A DNA stretch of 64,000 nt from an uncultured Candidatus Rokubacteria bacterium. GTDB taxonomy: Bacteria > Methylomirabilota > Methylomirabilia > Rokubacteriales > DASRDR01. The notes under the pieces were generated by a model that saw only the letters and a list, made by a program, of their open reading frames with translations, was not told where the DNA came from and did not search any database. The first letter of the stretch is position 1. Every line of letters starts with the position of its first letter. The position numbers and the translations under genes were made by a program. This document shows positions 28,961 to 41,131 of the stretch, one piece after another. The stretch spans positions 10,200 through 74,199 of the forward strand of contig CAVPSB010000037.1 in NCBI GenBank assembly GCA_963708025.1, in the 5' to 3' direction.

Positions 28961-30577
28961 CTACTTCGCCAGGAATGCCTTCGCCTGGCGAATCTCGGGT
29001 CGTTCGGAGTCCGCCTTGTCGGCCAGCGCCAGCACGCGGTCGTAGTACGCGCGCGCCCGGGCGCGGTCGCCGGCGGCCTCGGCGGCACGGGCGGCGCCGA
29101 AGAGACCGCGGAAGCGGTTCGGGTCGTTCTTCTGCGAGCGGTCGAACTCGGCGAGCGCCGCCGCCGGCTGCCCCAGGTCGAGCAGCATGTCGGCGAGCAT
29201 CTCGCGGGCCGGGAAGAGCGCGCCCGGCGTCACCGGGTGCTTCTCGGTCGCGTCCTCGCGGTCGGCCGCCTGCCGCATCAGCATCAGCGCTTCCTCGTTC
29301 CGGCTCTCGGCGCGCGCGATCCAGGCGGAGACCGCCAGCCGCTGGATCTCGCTCTGCTCGGCCCAGTAGCCGACCTTGGCGGCGGTGAGGGCGTCCCGGA
29401 GCGCCTCCAGGCGCGCCGCGCTCTGTTGCGCGTCGGCCACGTTGCCGCTGCGGGCGGCGCCGATGCCGCGCGCGAACCAGGTGATCGACTCCGCCTGCGG
29501 GTACTTGTTCCACGGCAGCTCCTTCGGCGTCGGCGTCAGCGCCGCCGCCGAGACCCAGTCGCCGCGCTCGAGCGTGTAGCGCGCAGGGATGGCGGCCAGC
29601 GCGAAGGCGCCCGCGAAGTGGTCGACGTTGACCTTGCGCGTGGCGAGGACCTCCTCCACGAGCGCCCTGGCCTCGCGGTCCCTCGCCAGCTGCATGTACG
29701 CGTACATCATGTAGTCGTAGGCGTGCAGCGCCTCGTAGGAGCGCAAGCCGGTGGTGTTGTCGCGGAGCGCCTCCTGGGCGGCGCGGGCGGAGGCGCGGTT
29801 GGAGTCGATCGACTCCTGCCAGGCGCCCACGCGCGTGAAGATGTGCGAGGGCATGTGCTGGGCGTGGGGCGCGGCCGGCGCGATGGACGCGTAGCGCCGC
29901 GCGGCGCCGAGGCCCTTCTGCGCGATCGGCGGGAAGTCGTAGGAGTGGATGAGGTAGTGCGCCACGCCGGGATGGTTCGGCTGCTCGGCGAAGACCTTCT
30001 CGAGGATCGAGGCGGCCTTGAGCTGGTTGGCGTAGGTCTTGTCGGCGGGATTGAGCGTCATGTTGAGCGCGAGCGAGTAGAAGACCGCCGCCTCCCGATC
30101 GTCCGGATAGCGCGCGGCCAGCTGCTCCATCGCCTTCTCGTACGCCGTCGCGCGCGTCTTGTGGTCGACCTTGTCGGCGTCCTTGTAGATCTGCTCGATG
30201 GCCGCCACGTAGTCTCGCTCGCGCTGGGTCTTCGCCCCGGCCGCCTTCGCCTTCTCCACCGCCGCCCAGCCTTCCTTGAGGCCCTGCGCGCTCGGCGGCG
30301 CCGCCAGCGGGTTCCCCATCCACGCCATCGCCACGCCCCACCAGGCGATGCCGCAGCTGGGGTCGGTCTGCGCCGCCTCTGTGAAGGACTTCATGGCGGC
30401 GTCGAGCCAGAAGGAGTGCAGCAGGGCGACGCCCCGAGTGAAGGACGGCTGCGCCGCCGCCGCGCACGAGGTCTGGAAGCTGACCTGCCCGAGACGATCC
30501 GCCGACGGCGCCTGCGCGAACACCACGCCGGCCACGATAACGACGAGGACGCTCAGCAGCCCGATGACTCTCCGCAT
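28961..30577 (-). CDS. Secreted TPR-repeat protein
   Basis: Signal peptide; HPGVAHYLIHSYD, APHAQHMPSHIF; helical repeats. Confidence 0.8.
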   Translation of the reverse strand: MRRVIGLLSVLVVIVAGVVFAQAPSADRLGQVSFQTSCAAAAQPSFTRGVALLHSFWLDAAMKSFTEAAQTDPSCGIAWWGVAMAWMGNPLAAPPSAQGLKEGWAAVEKAKAAGAKTQRERDYVAAIEQIYKDADKVDHKTRATAYEKAMEQLAARYPDDREAAVFYSLALNMTLNPADKTYANQLKAASILEKVFAEQPNHPGVAHYLIHSYDFPPIAQKGLGAARRYASIAPAAPHAQHMPSHIFTRVGAWQESIDSNRASARAAQEALRDNTTGLRSYEALHAYDYMMYAYMQLARDREARALVEEVLATRKVNVDHFAGAFALAAIPARYTLERGDWVSAAALTPTPKELPWNKYPQAESITWFARGIGAARSGNVADAQQSAARLEALRDALTAAKVGYWAEQSEIQRLAVSAWIARAESRNEEALMLMRQAADREDATEKHPVTPGALFPAREMLADMLLDLGQPAAALAEFDRSQKNDPNRFRGLFGAARAAEAAGDRARARAYYDRVLALADKADSERPEIRQAKAFLAK

Positions 30578-30625
30578 GGGACCCTCCTGGAGATATGCCG
30601 GTCGATACGAGCGAGTGGTGGAGAA

Positions 30626-30654
30626 ACTATAGGCCCGGGTGCGGGAAGTGTCAA
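30626..30654 (-). promoter_or_regulatory. Sigma70-type promoter for the TPR gene
   Basis: TTGACA-17 bp-TATAGT on minus strand. Confidence 0.7.
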
Positions 30655-30750
30655 CGCCGCCATGGTCTCTTTGCCGCTGTGACGGTGGGCAAGAGGCGCG
30701 AGTCGAGGAGCGGCCCCTGCTGACAGGGTGGACGATCTCTCGAGCCGCGA

Positions 30751-30858
30751 CTAGTGCCGTTCCAACTTGATGCGGCTATTGCTCGGCGCCAGGTCGCACG
30801 GCGCCGCGCCCGTGACAGGGCCGTCGGCAACTCGTTGAGAAAGCTCGAACGGCACTAG
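30751..30858. mobile_element. MITE-like element with terminal inverted repeats, CTAG at both ends
   Basis: Left CTAGTGCCGTTCCAACTT vs reverse complement of right CTAGTGCCGTTCGAGCTT (16/18). Confidence 0.7.
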
Positions 30859-31794
30859 CTCTCTTCCTTCCGGTAGGGGATCCCCGCCGCCGCCGGGGCC
30901 GGTGAGCGCCCGACCAGCCCGCACATGGCCAGGAGGGCGAGGACGTAGGGGAGCATGACCGGGAGCTGGTAGGGGATCCCGAGGTCGTAGGTCTGGATCC
31001 GGAGCTGGAGGGCGTCGGCGGCCCCGAAGATGAGGCAGGCCGCGAAGGCCCCGACCGGGTGCCACTTCCCGAAGATGATCGCGGTCAGCGCGATGAAGCC
31101 CCGGCCGGCGCTCATGTTCTCCGTGAACATGTTGACGTGGGAGATCGACAGGAACGCGCCGCCGATCCCGGCCATGATGCCGCTGACGATGACGCAGGTG
31201 TAGCGGATCCCGGCGACGCTCAGCCCCGCGGTGTCGGCCGCCCGCGGGTACTCGCCGACGGCGCGCACCGCCAGACCCCAGGGCGTCTTCAGCAGCACCA
31301 CGGTGGCGATCGGGAGCAGGACGGCGAGGAGGTAGACGAGCGGGGTCTGGCGGAAGAGCGATCGGACCGAGCACCGGGATGTCGCCGAGCAGAGGGATCG
31401 GCAGCATCTCGAAGGCCCGCACCCGCTCGACGTTGGCGCCGCGCAGGATGACGCGGCTCAGATACGTCGTGCCGCCGAGTGCGAGCAGGTTGAGCGAGAC
31501 GCCCGTCACGACCTGGTTCGCCCCGAACGAGACGCAGGCGACCGCGTGCACCAGCGCGAGGGCCCCGCCGGCCAGCCCCGCCACCAGGACGGCCACCCAG
31601 AGGTTCCCGGTCAGGTGGCTCCCCATGACCGCGCCGAACGCCCCGCCCAGCATCATGCCCTCGAGCGCGATGTTGAACACGCCGGAGCGCTCGGAGAACA
31701 CCCCGCCGACGGCGGCGAACCCCAGCGGCGTGGCCATCCGGACGTGGCGGTCGAGGAAGTCGACCAGGACCTGGAAGCTAAGAAAGCTCGACAT
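30855..31794 (-). CDS. Nucleoside/purine-type ABC permease; frameshift near 31360
   Basis: SERSGVFNIALEG, AGRGFIAL, LPYVL. Confidence 0.87.
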
Positions 31795-32883
31795 TCGTCC
31801 GACTCGACGGCCGGCGCCGGCGCCGGCCGGCCGTCGCCGCCGCGGAGGAAGCGCCGGGCCGGCTGCCAGTGATGGAGCACGAGCCCGAGGGTCAGGAGGA
31901 AGATGGACAGGCCCTGGATGACGATGACGATGGCGACCGGCGTCCCCACCGCCCGCTGCATGAGGCTGCCGCCGCTCCGGAGCGCGCCGAAGAACAGCGA
32001 CGTGGCGATGACGAGCAGGGGCTCGTTGCCGGCCAGGAAGGCAGCGGCGATCGCGTCGAAGCCGTAGCCGGGCGAGAACCGGTCGAAGAGCCGATACTTC
32101 AGGCCCATGACCTCACCGGCGCCCGCGAGTCCCGCGAGGGCGCCGGAGCGAACATGACGCCGAGCATCGTCCGCCGCACCGACATGCCGCCGTAGGCCGC
32201 CGCCGACGGGTTGAAGCCGACCGCGCGGATCCGGTAGCCGAGGGCGGCCCGGTGGAGCACCCAGTGCAGCACGACCGCGGCCGCCGAGGCCGAGCAGGAT
32301 CCCGGCGTGGGCGTCGGCCTCGGGCAGGATGAGCGGCAGGTGCGCCGACTCGAGCAGCACCGGCGAGAAGGGGTACGGCGCGCCGGGCTCCATCATGGGA
32401 CCGTTCACCACGTAGCCGACCCCGTAGATCGCGATGTAGTTCATGAGCAGGGTGGTGATGACCTCGTTCACGCCCCGGCTGACGCGCAGGTAGGCCGGCA
32501 GGAGCGCCCACAGCCCGCCAGCCACGCCGCTGGCGGCCAGCGCGAGCGGGATGTGGAGCAGCGGCCGGGAGCCCGGGAACGTAGAGTCCGACCCACGCCG
32601 CGCCCAGGCCGCCCAGGTAGATCTGCCCCTCGGCGCCGATGTTGAAGAGGCCGACACGCGCGGCCAGGGCGACGCCGAGGCCGGCCAGGAGGATCGGGGC
32701 CATCTTGGTGAGGGTGGCGCCGAAGCCGAAGACGTCGCCGAAGGCGCCGTGGGCGACCGCCCAGTAGGCGGTCCACGGATTCCCGCCGGCCAGGCTGATG
32801 AAGGCCGCGCCGAGTCCGAGCGCGAGACAGAGCGCCCAGACCGGGACCAGCCGGAAGACGAACCGCCGCCAGCGCCCGCTCAC
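31780..32883 (-). CDS. Nucleoside/purine-type ABC permease; two or more frameshifts, end approximate
   Basis: FNIGAEGQ, NEVITTLLMNY, GYGFDAI. Confidence 0.82.
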
Positions 32884-32936
32884 CGGTTTCCCCTCGGGTC
32901 AGCCATGGCAGGAGCGCCGGCCCGGGCCCGGGCCGC

Positions 32937-34440
<1,504 letters not shown>

Positions 34441-34501
34441 TCGCTGCGGTGGGGAGGGCCGGCCCCCGCGCTTCCGCTCGAGGACCGGCCTCGCCGGTCG
34501 C

Positions 34502-35466
34502 CTACTGTCTGCTTGAGCTTACCGTCCAGCATCATCTTCTTGGCCTCGGCCACCTTGTCCTTGACCTTCTGGGGCACCGTGTCGCCGAACTTGCCGTAGC
34601 CGGCGGCCTTCTCGTTCTCGACCCCGATCAGGTACGACTTGCCCTGGAGCTTGCCGCCCTGCGCGAGCTTCGCGACCTCGAGCATGCCGATGTCGATGTT
34701 CTCGATCGCGCTCGTCAGGATCGTCTTCGGGGCCAGCGCGTACTGGTCGCCCACGAAGCCGATGGCGAAGACGCCCTTCTCCCGGGCCGCGTCGATCCCG
34801 CCCTGCTGGGCCAGGTCCAGGTTCGGGGCGATGACGTCGGCCCCCTTGGCGATGTGGGCCAGCGCCGCCTCCTTCGCCTTGCCGACGTCGTCCCAGTCGC
34901 CGGTGTACGACATCGTCGCCTCGACCTTCGGGTTGACCCACTTCGCCCCGTCGCGGAACCCGGCGAAGGCGTCGTCCATCGCCTTGAACTTCTGGGCGGT
35001 GATCAACGCCAGCTTGTTCGTCTTGGTCATCATGCCGGCCGCCACGCCGCCCAGGAAGGCGACCTGCCAGTGGTTGATCTGCATGGAGGCGATGTTGGTC
35101 CCGGAGATGTTGCCGTTCGTCACCACGAACCACGCCTTGGGGAACTTCGCCCCGACCTGCTTGGCCGCGGCGTCGAACTCGCCGCCGTGCCCGAAGACGA
35201 GGTCGAACCCCCGCCGGGCGAAGTCCCCCATGGCCTCCGCCTGGTCGGGCTGGGCGACCTTCTCGACGAACGCCACCTCGGCGCCCAGATCCTTCTCGAT
35301 CGCCTTGATCCCCTTGTGCCCCAGCTCGTTCCACGCCTTGTCGGTGATGACGCCCGGCAAGCACGATCGCGACCTTGAGCTTCTTGGCCTGGGCCTCGCT
35401 GTCGGTGGCGCTGCCCACCAAGAGCAAGGCGAGCCCGGCCATCAGCACGATCCATGTCCGCTTCAT
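34502..35466 (-). CDS. BMP-family ABC substrate-binding protein; frameshift near 35360, end approximate
   Basis: Signal peptide; PGVITDKAWN, FGHGGEF, YTGDWDD. Confidence 0.85.
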
Positions 35467-35834
35467 TGACTCCTCCCTTTTTGGCGCTCTCGTCGGATCT
35501 CGCATCGCACCGCCGTGACGGTGCGGCACCTTCGGAAGGGCTGGCGGTGCTCGCGATGCCTCGAGGGCCGTGCGCCGCGCCCGATCGACGAGGCGAGTCC
35601 TGCGGAACTTCACGACACGCCTCCTTGATAGGACGCTGGTCGGAGACGCGCGGTACCCGAGAGCGTGAGACCGACTGGACCTGAGGCTACTTGGACGCTG
35701 CTCTCGGTGTCAAGGCGGCCCGAGGCCGCTCGAGGTCCCACCGGGCCGTGTCGCCTCGATCGGGGCTGCTGCCGGCCTCGCCGGTGTCGTGACCGGCGCC
35801 GCCGCTCGAACCGCGGAAACCACGGGTGCGCGGC

Positions 35835-35863
35835 TTGACAGGGCCGGGGCCGCCCTCTAAGGT
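35835..35863 (+). promoter_or_regulatory. Sigma70-type promoter
   Basis: TTGACA-17 bp-TAAGGT. Confidence 0.65.
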
Positions 35864-35906
35864 GAAACGCACTCTTCCGATCACACTTGACGGAGGTGGC
35901 ACGCCG

Positions 35907-36908
35907 ATGCGACTCGCCTGGAGATGGGTCGGGACGGGGATCCTGGGGCTCGCTCTCGCGCTGGCGCCGGTGGTGGGCCGGCCGGCCGACAAGCCGACGA
36001 AGAAGGTCACGTTCCTCACCAACTACGTCTTCCACGGCCGGCACTCTCCGTACTTCGTCGGCCTCGAGAAGGGCTTCTACCGCGACGCCGGCTTCGACGT
36101 CACCATCGCGCCGGCCACCGGCAGCGGCTTCGTCATCACCGCGCTGGAGGGCGGCAAGGCCGACTACGGGATGGCGGAGTCAACCTCGGTCGTGCAGGCG
36201 GTGGCCAAGGGCGCCAAGGTGCGCGGCTTCGGCGTGTTCATGGACGTCACCACCAGCGGCCTGGCGTCGCTGACGCCGTACCCCACGCCCGAGTCGCTGG
36301 CCGGCAAGACGATCGCGGCGGGGCTGACCGACAGCGCGCGCGTCATCCTGCCGATCGTCTTCAGCCTGAAGGGCCTCGACGCCGGCGCGATCAAGTGGCA
36401 GGCGGCCGACCCCGGCGTCTACGCGTCGCTCCTGCTGGAAGGCAAGGTCGATCTCTACACCGCCTCCATCGACGGCGACGTGCCCGCCCTGATGCGGGTG
36501 GCCACGCCCCGCGGCAAGACCGTGCACTTCGCCGCGTTCGCCGACTGGGGCTACGACGTCTTCGGCTACCTCCTGGTCACGACCGCCGACCGGATCGCCG
36601 GCCAGCCGGACGAGGTGCGGGCGTTCGCGGCGGCGACCGTGAAGACGGTGCGGTACTCCATCGAGCACCCCGAGGAGACCGCCCAGATCATGGTGAAGCA
36701 CAACCCCACCCTGAACTACGACACGACGCTGGCCCAGTGGCGCCAGTCGATCAAGGCGATCGAGACCGCCTACGTCAAGCAGCACGGCTACGGGATCGCC
36801 ACCCCCGACCGGCTCCAGCGGACCATCGACCTCGTGAAGCAGGCATTCAAGCTGGACCTGGCCCTAACGCCGGGCGACGTCTACGCCACCGGGTTCATCG
36901 CCCGATGA
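35907..36908 (+). CDS. NMT1/THI5-like ABC substrate-binding protein
   Basis: GRHSPYFVGLEKGFYRDAGFDV; signal peptide. Confidence 0.85.
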   Translation: MRLAWRWVGTGILGLALALAPVVGRPADKPTKKVTFLTNYVFHGRHSPYFVGLEKGFYRDAGFDVTIAPATGSGFVITALEGGKADYGMAESTSVVQAVAKGAKVRGFGVFMDVTTSGLASLTPYPTPESLAGKTIAAGLTDSARVILPIVFSLKGLDAGAIKWQAADPGVYASLLLEGKVDLYTASIDGDVPALMRVATPRGKTVHFAAFADWGYDVFGYLLVTTADRIAGQPDEVRAFAAATVKTVRYSIEHPEETAQIMVKHNPTLNYDTTLAQWRQSIKAIETAYVKQHGYGIATPDRLQRTIDLVKQAFKLDLALTPGDVYATGFIAR

Positions 36909-36921
36909 CGGCCGGCCCGGC

Positions 36922-37683
36922 ATGCCTGCGACGGCGGCGATCACCGTCGAGCGCCTGACCAAGGTCTTCGACACGCGGGCGGCGCTCGAGCGGCTCTCGT
37001 TCGAGGTCGGCGAGAACGAGTTCGTCACGCTGGTCGGCCCCAGCGGCTGCGGCAAGTCGACCGCGCTCCGGATCGTGGCCGGGCTGGTGGCGCCGACGGA
37101 CGGCGCGGTGCGAATCCGGGGCCGCGTCGTGGACCGGCCGATCCGGGACGTGGGCATGGTCTTCCAGGCCCCCGTGCTCCTGCCCTGGCGGTCCACCCTG
37201 GCCAACATCCTCTTCCCGGCCGAGATGGCCGGCCGGCGCCCGGGCGCCTACCGCGACCGCGCGCGCGAGCTGATCCGGCTGGCCAGCCTGGAGGGCTTCG
37301 AGGGCAGCTACCCCCACCAGCTCTCGGGCGGAATGCAGCAGCGGGTGGCCATCTGCCGGGCCCTGCTCCTCGGCCCGTCGCTCCTGCTCATGGACGAGCC
37401 GTTCGGCGCGCTCGACATCATGACCCGGGAGAAGATGGGCTTCGAGCTCCTGCGCATCTGGGGCGCGAGCCGGACTGCCGTCCTCTTCGTCACCCACAGC
37501 ATCACCGAGGCCGTCCTGCTCTCCGACACCATCGTCGTGATGACGGCCCGGCCGGGCACCGCGAAGGCGGTGATCCGGGTGGATCTGCCGCGGCCCCGCG
37601 ACGTGAAGATCCTCCAGGACCCCCGCTTCGTCGAGCTGGCCGGCGCGGTGCGCGACAACATCGAGGCGCAATGGATCGAGTGA
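36922..37683 (+). CDS. NitT/TauT-type ABC ATP-binding protein
   Basis: GPSGCGKST, LSGGMQQR, LLMDEPFGALD. Confidence 0.93.
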   Translation: MPATAAITVERLTKVFDTRAALERLSFEVGENEFVTLVGPSGCGKSTALRIVAGLVAPTDGAVRIRGRVVDRPIRDVGMVFQAPVLLPWRSTLANILFPAEMAGRRPGAYRDRARELIRLASLEGFEGSYPHQLSGGMQQRVAICRALLLGPSLLLMDEPFGALDIMTREKMGFELLRIWGASRTAVLFVTHSITEAVLLSDTIVVMTARPGTAKAVIRVDLPRPRDVKILQDPRFVELAGAVRDNIEAQWIE

Positions 37684-37743
37684 GCGACTCGGGATCGCCC
37701 CTCTTGCTTCGCCGGGCGCGTCCCGGTTGGGCGCAGCAGGTCG

Positions 37744-37816
37744 CCCCCCCTCCCCCCGGCCAAAGGCCGAAGGCCGTCAATGGGTCGGGAGGGGTCGGGG
37801 GTGGGGGGGGTCCCAA
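37744..37816 (+). repeat. Palindromic repeat family copy
   Basis: CCCCCTCCCCCCGGCCAAAGGCCGAAGGCCGTC...G-tract...GTCCCAA then ATG. Confidence 0.8.
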
Positions 37817-38590
37817 ATGATCGCCCGGCGGGAGCGGCTCCGGCGAGCCGGCGAGGCGCTGGCCGGGCTGGCCGGGCTCCTCCTGGCCTGGGAGGTCGGC
37901 GTGCGGCTGGCCGGCACGCCCGAGTACATCCTGCCGGTCCCGTCCGTCGTCGTGGCGAAGTTCTGGCAGACGCTCCCGGTCCAGGTCCACCACCTCGGGA
38001 TGACGGCCCTGACGACGGTCATCGGCCTGGCGCTGGCGCTCGTCGTCGGCGTGCTGCTGGCGCTGGCCGTCGTCTACGTCCGACCCCTCCGGACGCTGAT
38101 GCTGCCGGCCCTCGCCGCGTTCAACAGCATCCCCAAGATCGCCATCGCGCCCCTCTTCGTCATCTGGTTCGGCCTGGGCGCCGAGCCCAAGGTGCTGCTC
38201 GCCTTCCTCCTCGGGCTGTTCCCGGTGTTCGTGAATTCGGTGACGGGGCTGGGGGAGATCGAGCCGGACGTGCTGGACCTCGCCCGGCTCTGTGGGGGGA
38301 CGGGGTGGCGGATCTTCGCCAAGGTCCGCCTGATGAACGCCCTGCCGTACATCACCGACGCGGTCAAGGTGGCCCTCCCGCTCGCCCTGGTCGGCTCGAT
38401 CGTGGGCGAGTTCATCGGCGGGAACGCCGGCGTGGGCTACCTGGTGCTGTCGGCACAGTTCAATCTGGACACCCCGCTGGTCTTCGCCTGCCTGATGTCC
38501 ATCACGCTGTTCACCACGCTGGCCATCGGCGCCGTCGTGCTGCTGGAGCGCGTCTTTCTCGTCTGGCGCCCGTCCCAGCGCAAGCGCTGA
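37817..38590 (+). CDS. NitT/TauT-type ABC permease
   Basis: IPKIAIAPLFVIWFG, VGEFIG..GVGYL. Confidence 0.9.
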   Translation: MIARRERLRRAGEALAGLAGLLLAWEVGVRLAGTPEYILPVPSVVVAKFWQTLPVQVHHLGMTALTTVIGLALALVVGVLLALAVVYVRPLRTLMLPALAAFNSIPKIAIAPLFVIWFGLGAEPKVLLAFLLGLFPVFVNSVTGLGEIEPDVLDLARLCGGTGWRIFAKVRLMNALPYITDAVKVALPLALVGSIVGEFIGGNAGVGYLVLSAQFNLDTPLVFACLMSITLFTTLAIGAVVLLERVFLVWRPSQRKR

Positions 38591-38593
38591 CCC

Positions 38594-39649
38594 ATGGCGC
38601 GGCTGAGAATCGGGATCCTCGGGCTCAGCCACGACCACGTGTGGGACAACCTCGCCACGCTCGCCACGAGCGACCTCGGCCGGGCGGTCGCGGCGGCCGA
38701 CCCCGATCCGCGCCTCCGGGAGCGGCTCGAGGGCCTGCACGCGGGCGTCCAGGTCCACGCGACCTACGAGGCGCTCCTCGAGCGAGCCGACCTCGACGGC
38801 GTCCTGGTGTTCGCCGACAACCGCGCGTCCGCGGAGCTCGGGGTCGCGGCGCTGGGACGGGGGCTCGCGGTGATGCTGGAGAAGCCCATGGCGGCGGACC
38901 TCGCGGGCGCGGAGGCGCTGCTGGCGGCGGCGCGCGCGGCCCGCGCCCCGCTCATGATCAACTGGCCGACGGCGTGGCGCCCGGCCCTGCGTCACGGGCT
39001 CGCGCTCGTCGCGTCCGGGGTCGTGGGGGAGCCGGTCCAGGTCAGCCACCGCGGCGGGCATGCCGGCCCGCGGGAGTTCGGCTGCTCGGCGCAGTTCGTC
39101 GACTGGCTCTACGACCCCCATCGCAACGGGGGCGGGGCCCTGGTCGACTACTGCGGCTACGGGGCGGTCCTCTGCCGCACCCTCCTCGGCCGGCCGGCCG
39201 CCGTCACCGCCGTCGCCGCGCACCTGCGCAAGGAGGGGCTGGCCGCCGAGGACAACGCCGTCGTCGTCCTCCGGTATCCGCGGGCGCTCGGGCTGCTCGA
39301 GGCCAGCTGGACGCAGATCGGCGCCGAGCCCGCGCTGGCCATGGTCGTGTACGGCGACGCCGGCAGCCTGCTGGTGCACCAGCCAAGGCCCACCCGCGCG
39401 GGACGGGCGGCCGGGCCCGGGAAGGTCCAGCTCGTGACCGGCGACCACGACGAGTGGATCGATCCGCCCGCCCTGCCGGCGGCCGAGCGGGACGGGCCGA
39501 CCTACTTCATGTCCCGGCTCGGGGCCGGGCGGCCGGTCGAAGGGCTGTGCGCGCCGGAGGTGGGGCGGGACGTCCAGGAGGTGCTCGCGGCCGCGCTCCG
39601 CTCCAGCGCGACTGGCCGCGAGGTCACCCTTCCGTTCGCCGGCGACTGA
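38594..39649 (+). CDS. Gfo/Idh/MocA family oxidoreductase
   Basis: LRIGILGL, LEKPMA, GGGALVD. Confidence 0.88.
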   Translation: MARLRIGILGLSHDHVWDNLATLATSDLGRAVAAADPDPRLRERLEGLHAGVQVHATYEALLERADLDGVLVFADNRASAELGVAALGRGLAVMLEKPMAADLAGAEALLAAARAARAPLMINWPTAWRPALRHGLALVASGVVGEPVQVSHRGGHAGPREFGCSAQFVDWLYDPHRNGGGALVDYCGYGAVLCRTLLGRPAAVTAVAAHLRKEGLAAEDNAVVVLRYPRALGLLEASWTQIGAEPALAMVVYGDAGSLLVHQPRPTRAGRAAGPGKVQLVTGDHDEWIDPPALPAAERDGPTYFMSRLGAGRPVEGLCAPEVGRDVQEVLAAALRSSATGREVTLPFAGD

Positions 39650-39687
39650 CTCACGGTCACACCGAACCCGAGGCAGGAGAGATCGGC

Positions 39688-41070
39688 ATGGCGAAGGACC
39701 TGCGGCACTTCCTGACGACAGTGGAGGAGCGGGCGCCGGAGCTGCTGCTCCGCATCCCCAAGCCGGTGAGCCCGCGGTGGGAGGTCTCGGCCGTCCAGAA
39801 GCGGCTGGAGGCGGCGGAGCGGCTGCCGGTCCTGCTCTTCGAGCAGCTCGACGGCCACGATCTCCGGCTGGTGACCAACCTCTTCGCCACCAAGCGTCAC
39901 CTCGCGCTGGCCCTCGACACGGAGCCCGCCCAGGTGGCCGCGCGCTTCGCCGAGGCCCAGGCCCGGCGCATCCCCCCCCGCGCGGTGGACGGCGGCCCGG
40001 TCAAGGAGGTCGTGCTGACCGGCCCGCGCGCCGACCTCCGGAGCCTCCCCATCGTCACCCACTGCGAGAAGGACGCGGGCCCCTACCTGACGGCCGGGGT
40101 GACGATCCTCCGAGATCCCGCCTCCGGGCAGCTCAACGCCGGCATCTACCGCAATCGAGTCCTCTCGCCGACCCGGGTCACCGTCAACATGGCGCCCCTC
40201 TGTCACGCGGCCGAGGTCACCCGGCAGGCCGAGGCCCGCGGCGAGCACGTCGAGGCGGCGATCGTGCTCGGCCACCACCCGGCGATGGGCATGGCGTCCC
40301 AGCAGCGCGGCACCCTCGGCGAGTTCGAGCTGGAGACGATGGGCGGGCTGCTCGGCGAGCCGGTGGAGGTCGTCCGGGGCGAGACCGTCGACGTGCCGGT
40401 GCCGGCTCACGCCGAGATCGTGATCGAGGGACGGATCCGCACCGACCTCTGGGAGGACGACGGCCCGTTCGGAGACTACTGGCTCTACTACGCGCCGGCC
40501 AAGAAGGCCCGCGTGCTCGAGGTCACCGCGATCACCCGCCGGCACGACGCGATCTTCCACGACGTCTTCAACGTCGGCCCCGAGCACCTGGTCCTCTTCT
40601 CCCTCGGCATGGAGGGCGTGGCCCTCGGCCAGCTCCGGCAGCTCATTCCCCAGATCACGGCCATCAACGTCCCCGTCTCCGGCTCCGGCAACCTGGTCTA
40701 CGTCCAGATCCGGAAGGACATGGAGGGGCTGGGGGTCAACGCGGCCCTGGCCGCCCTCGGCGCCTACCGGTTCAAGTGCGCGATCGTGGTCGACGAGGAT
40801 GTGGACATCCAGGACGACCGGAAGGTCATCTGGGCGGTGATGACGCGGACCCAGGCCGACCGCTCGTTCTTCACCGTGCCCGGCTCCTACATCTCGCGCG
40901 TCGATCCCACCGGCTACCCGGCGTGGCACGGCGGCGGCCAGGGGGCCCGTCTCCTCAGCACGCGGCTCGGCGTCGACGCGACGAAGCCGCTCGACCCCTC
41001 CTTTCCGGAGGTCGCCGAGCCGCCCCGCGATCTCTGGACGCGCCTCGACCTCGGCCAGTATCTCGGGTAG
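39688..41070 (+). CDS. UbiD-family (prFMN-dependent) decarboxylase
   Basis: DAGPYLT, NAGIYR, AEIVIEG, GPFGD, VVDEDVD, GVDATKP. Confidence 0.9.
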   Translation: MAKDLRHFLTTVEERAPELLLRIPKPVSPRWEVSAVQKRLEAAERLPVLLFEQLDGHDLRLVTNLFATKRHLALALDTEPAQVAARFAEAQARRIPPRAVDGGPVKEVVLTGPRADLRSLPIVTHCEKDAGPYLTAGVTILRDPASGQLNAGIYRNRVLSPTRVTVNMAPLCHAAEVTRQAEARGEHVEAAIVLGHHPAMGMASQQRGTLGEFELETMGGLLGEPVEVVRGETVDVPVPAHAEIVIEGRIRTDLWEDDGPFGDYWLYYAPAKKARVLEVTAITRRHDAIFHDVFNVGPEHLVLFSLGMEGVALGQLRQLIPQITAINVPVSGSGNLVYVQIRKDMEGLGVNAALAALGAYRFKCAIVVDEDVDIQDDRKVIWAVMTRTQADRSFFTVPGSYISRVDPTGYPAWHGGGQGARLLSTRLGVDATKPLDPSFPEVAEPPRDLWTRLDLGQYLG

Positions 41071-41131
41071 GTCCATCGATCGGGGAGTGGCCAGACCCGG
41101 CGAAGCCCGAGGGCGCCTTCCTGGAACCAGG

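Noticed and set aside
37780-41070. Giant ORFs in the track (1096 aa here; also 42808..46008, 44192..48766, 15972..18386, 22504..24462) as fusion proteins
   Set aside because: They are stop-poor GC-rich frames running into real genes that have their own RBS and start.
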